DNA of 64,000 nucleotides from Candidatus Latescibacterota bacterium (GTDB taxonomy: Bacteria > Krumholzibacteriota > Krumholzibacteriia > WVZY01 > JAKEHA01). The notes under the pieces were generated by a model, which ran no database searches, was not told the origin of the DNA, and worked only from the letters and a program-made list of their open reading frames with translations. Location of the stretch: assembly GCA_963707635.1 (NCBI GenBank), contig OY970173.1, forward strand, positions 352,001-416,000. Direction: 5' to 3'. Positions 61,094-64,000 of the stretch are shown here, in pieces (the first letter of the stretch is position 1; each line of letters opens with the position of its first letter). Made by a program: the position numbers and the translations under genes.

Positions 61094-61489
61094 CTAGTCG
61101 TCGTCGCCGCCGTCCTCTGGTACTTTGATGGTGCCGCCGCCCTGGCCTTCCTCATCGCCTTCCTCCGTAACCACCTGCGTCGTATAGTCGGCCGATTGCG
61201 CCGCCGACAAGACGCGCCTGTCGATGCAGTCGCCCGGACGGAGGCGGATCGTTTCCTTCCCGCCCAGGATCGACCGGTTGGTCTTGATGACAACGATCAA
61301 GTCGGAATCGTTGCACCAGCGGACCACCACGCCGTGTTTGAGCGTGATGTCCTTGACTGGTTCTCCCTTGGAGTTCAGTACCATTCCATCCGCGCGAATG
61401 GAATACTTCTCCATCACCATCTCGTGGCACGAGCTGGCTACGACCGAGATCGCGACCAGAGCCACTGCGATAACCACCTTATTGCGCAT
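61094..61489 (-). CDS. Small lipoprotein, all-beta (cupredoxin-like pattern)
   Basis: VASSC lipobox; ITLKHG..VRW.N.....L.PG....GTIKV pattern, without obvious Cu ligands. Confidence 0.5.
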   Translation of the reverse strand: MRNKVVIAVALVAISVVASSCHEMVMEKYSIRADGMVLNSKGEPVKDITLKHGVVVRWCNDSDLIVVIKTNRSILGGKETIRLRPGDCIDRRVLSAAQSADYTTQVVTEEGDEEGQGGGTIKVPEDGGDDD

Positions 61490-61517
61490 CGACGCGCCTC
61501 CTTTCGAGTAATGCCGG

Positions 61518-64000
61518 CTACTTCGGCCGGCTGTCGGACAGGCCTTCTCCCTTAACCATTTCGGTGAACCTCGGATCCCGCGTGAGATCTTTCAGCATCG
61601 GTTCGTTCATGATTTCGTGCAGCGGATACTGCCGGCGCAGCGCTTCTCCCGCGTAATGGAGCGCGCGCGTACGCTCGCCGAAGTTCTCGTATACCTGGGC
61701 CACCCGGAACATCGCCTCGCTTTCATCCGATTCCACCGCGCGATCGACCATGTGGAACGCGTTCGCGCTATCGCCGATCATCGAGTAGAAGTCCGCGAGG
61801 CGGGCGACGGTCAACAGGTCGTCCGGCGTCTGCTCCAGGTGCTTCAGTCCGAGCTCGATGGCGCGGCGAAACATGCGCTTGGATCTCTCCATCTCGCCGT
61901 CCACGCGATAGAGGGAATTGGCCAGATTCGCCCACACCACCAGGGTGGTGGTGTCGCAGTACTCGAATGCGTACTCGAAATACCGCGTCGCTTCCTTGAA
62001 GCGGCCCTCGAAATAGAGAACGCCGCCGACGTTGGAGCACGTCGCGCAGTCGGGTTTCACCAGAAACGCGCGCTCCCAGTACCCGCGAGCGCGGGGCCAA
62101 TCACCCTGATTCGCGTAGTGGAGCCCGGCGTCGTTCAGGGAGCGAAAATCTTCCGGGGCCAGAGACAGTGCAATCTCGTGCTCGCGAATCTCGCGGTCCG
62201 CGCGGCCCATCTGACGGTGGAGCACGCCGAGCTTCCAGTGGACGTAGTAGTAGTCGGGTGCCTGCCTCTCCAGCTCGTGGTAAACGTCCTCGGCCTCACC
62301 GTATCGCTGCAGCGACATCAACGCTTCCCCGAGTTCCTCGTACGAGGCGATCCGGCCCCGATCCAGCCGCACCGCCGTGCGCAGCACCACCACGGAGGAA
62401 TCCGCGCGCTCGGTGCGCTCGAGCAAGGACGACAGCCACAGGTACGACGCGACCAGGGTGGAGTCGAGCGCGATCGTTCCCGTCAGCCACGCTTCGGCGC
62501 GCCGCGCGGACTCCACACTCTTCGTCCGGCGAAACATGCGATAGTGCGCGAGCCCCATCGCCACGCGAGCGTCCGCATAGCCGGGATCCAGCGCCATCAC
62601 CGAATCCATGAGCGCGATCGCCCGCTCGACGTTGTCACCGGCCCTCCATTGCTGCAGGTGCCCCATCGCCTCGAACAAACCGGCGCATGCGCCTGGTGAA
62701 CGACTCGCGTGCCCCGCGATCGTTTCGAGGTCCGCGCGCGCCGTGTCTCCGCCCATCAAAGCGACTACCGCCGGTGCGAGGCGGGCCGGGAACTGGTCGA
62801 GACTATCCAGGCTGAAGTCCACCGAGCCGAACCGAAGCGCTTTCATCGTGGCCGCGTCGGTCAGGGTCAACGAGAGCCGGAATCCCGCGCCGTACGGCGT
62901 TACCTCGCTCACCACGATTCGGTTGACGCCGAAGGCGTCTTTCAGTCGCGTCGGCACCGCCGGACGATCGCTCACCACGTGTTCGTACGGCATCACCCAG
63001 GTCGATTTCGCGGTACGGCCGGCGCGATCCACGGCATCGGCCAGCCACCACGACATTCCCGCGACGAGGCTTCGCGAAGGCGCGTCTCCGATACGGTCGA
63101 TGGGCAGAACGGCAATGCGGGACTGCGTAGAGAAGACATCCGACGAGGACGCGCCGCTACGCCACAGTTTCACGGCCGCGAACACGACGATCACCGACGC
63201 CGCTCCCACCAGCATCCACACGACCGCGCGCGAGCGCCGCCGGGGCTCGTACTCGGCGATGGCGCGCGCCGTGCTCGCCGTGAAGGATTCGCTCCACCCG
63301 AGCGGACCGGCCAGGGACCGGACCGCGTCGCAGAATTCCACCGCCGACTGGTAGCGCCGCGCCGGATCCTTCTCCAGGCACTTCATGACGATCGCCGCGC
63401 ACGCGTCGGGGACTTCCGGCCGCAGCTCCCGAATCGGCCGCGGGGTTTCGTTCAGGATGGAATAGACCATGGCCTGGCCGATGTCCCCGCGGAATGGAAG
63501 CTGACCGGTCAGCATCTCGTAGAGCACGACACCCAGCGCCCACACGTCCGCGCGCGCGTCGACTTCCTCGCTCCGCGCCTGTTCCGGCGACATGTAGGCC
63601 ACGGTCCCGAGCGTGGTGCCGCTCCCGGTCACGCGCGAGCGGCCGATCAGCTTGGCGAGGCCGAAGTCGACGATCTTCACGAACCCGTCGGTCGTGATCA
63701 TCACGTTGGCGGGCTTGATGTCGCGGTGGATGATGTTCGCGGCGTGGGCGCGTCCCAACCCCTGGGCGACCGAGAACGCGATCTCGAACGCCTCGCGGAC
63801 GTCGAGGCGGCGGCGGGCGACGCGATCCTTGAGCGACTCGCCCTCGTAGCAGGCCATCGCGATGAAGAGCTGGCCTTCCGGCGTCTCGTCGACGTCGAAG
63901 ATGCTGCAGATGTTCGGGTGGTCCAGGGCCGAGGCCGCCTGCGCTTCGTGGATGAAGCGCCGTTTGGCGTCCTCGTCGCGGGTGAGCTCGGGCGCAAGAA
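61518..64000 (-). CDS. Hanks-type Ser/Thr protein kinase with TM and TPR sensor region (5' end beyond window)
   Basis: HRDIKPAN, DFGLAK, GTVAYMSPEQ, DVWALG; TM helix; TPR repeats; frame stays open to the window edge. Confidence 0.93.
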   Translation of the reverse strand, partial: LAPELTRDEDAKRRFIHEAQAASALDHPNICSIFDVDETPEGQLFIAMACYEGESLKDRVARRRLDVREAFEIAFSVAQGLGRAHAANIIHRDIKPANVMITTDGFVKIVDFGLAKLIGRSRVTGSGTTLGTVAYMSPEQARSEEVDARADVWALGVVLYEMLTGQLPFRGDIGQAMVYSILNETPRPIRELRPEVPDACAAIVMKCLEKDPARRYQSAVEFCDAVRSLAGPLGWSESFTASTARAIAEYEPRRRSRAVVWMLVGAASVIVVFAAVKLWRSGASSSDVFSTQSRIAVLPIDRIGDAPSRSLVAGMSWWLADAVDRAGRTAKSTWVMPYEHVVSDRPAVPTRLKDAFGVNRIVVSEVTPYGAGFRLSLTLTDAATMKALRFGSVDFSLDSLDQFPARLAPAVVALMGGDTARADLETIAGHASRSPGACAGLFEAMGHLQQWRAGDNVERAIALMDSVMALDPGYADARVAMGLAHYRMFRRTKSVESARRAEAWLTGTIALDSTLVASYLWLSSLLERTERADSSVVVLRTAVRLDRGRIASYEELGEALMSLQRYGEAEDVYHELERQAPDYYYVHWKLGVLHRQMGRADREIREHEIALSLAPEDFRSLNDAGLHYANQGDWPRARGYWERAFLVKPDCATCSNVGGVLYFEGRFKEATRYFEYAFEYCDTTTLVVWANLANSLYRVDGEMERSKRMFRRAIELGLKHLEQTPDDLLTVARLADFYSMIGDSANAFHMVDRAVESDESEAMFRVAQVYENFGERTRALHYAGEALRRQYPLHEIMNEPMLKDLTRDPRFTEMVKGEGLSDSRPK

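Overview
GC-rich bacterial chromosomal window, mostly minus-strand housekeeping and envelope genes of a diderm bacterium. The gene set suggests an FCB-group lineage such as Krumholzibacteriota/Latescibacterota (inference only). The backbone includes moxR-like ATPase, DUF58, BatA/vWA, mfd, three parvulin PPIases (incl. SurA), pdxA, ftsEX-envC, holB, metG, tatD, rsmA, pdxJ, secDF, a giant NtrY-like kinase and a DUF4159-DUF4175-TPR cluster, interleaved with small accessory blocks. The most striking unexplained signal is a family of six ~90-nt intergenic hairpins. They share an apical TCAAC loop, a GCGCGC-type stem and GA-rich internal loops, while their outer stems differ completely in sequence but stay paired. 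They occur in both orientations, often at the edges of accessory blocks. Also notable: a tandem array of paralogous lipoproteins with a C-terminal (S/T)WGxxK motif, a TatD fused to a radical-SAM-like domain lacking CxxxCxxC, and a half glycosyltransferase. Several single-base indels break essential genes (secD, metG, envC), most likely assembly errors. No rRNA, tRNA, CRISPR array or transposase was recognised. Family names come from motif recognition by eye, not database searches.
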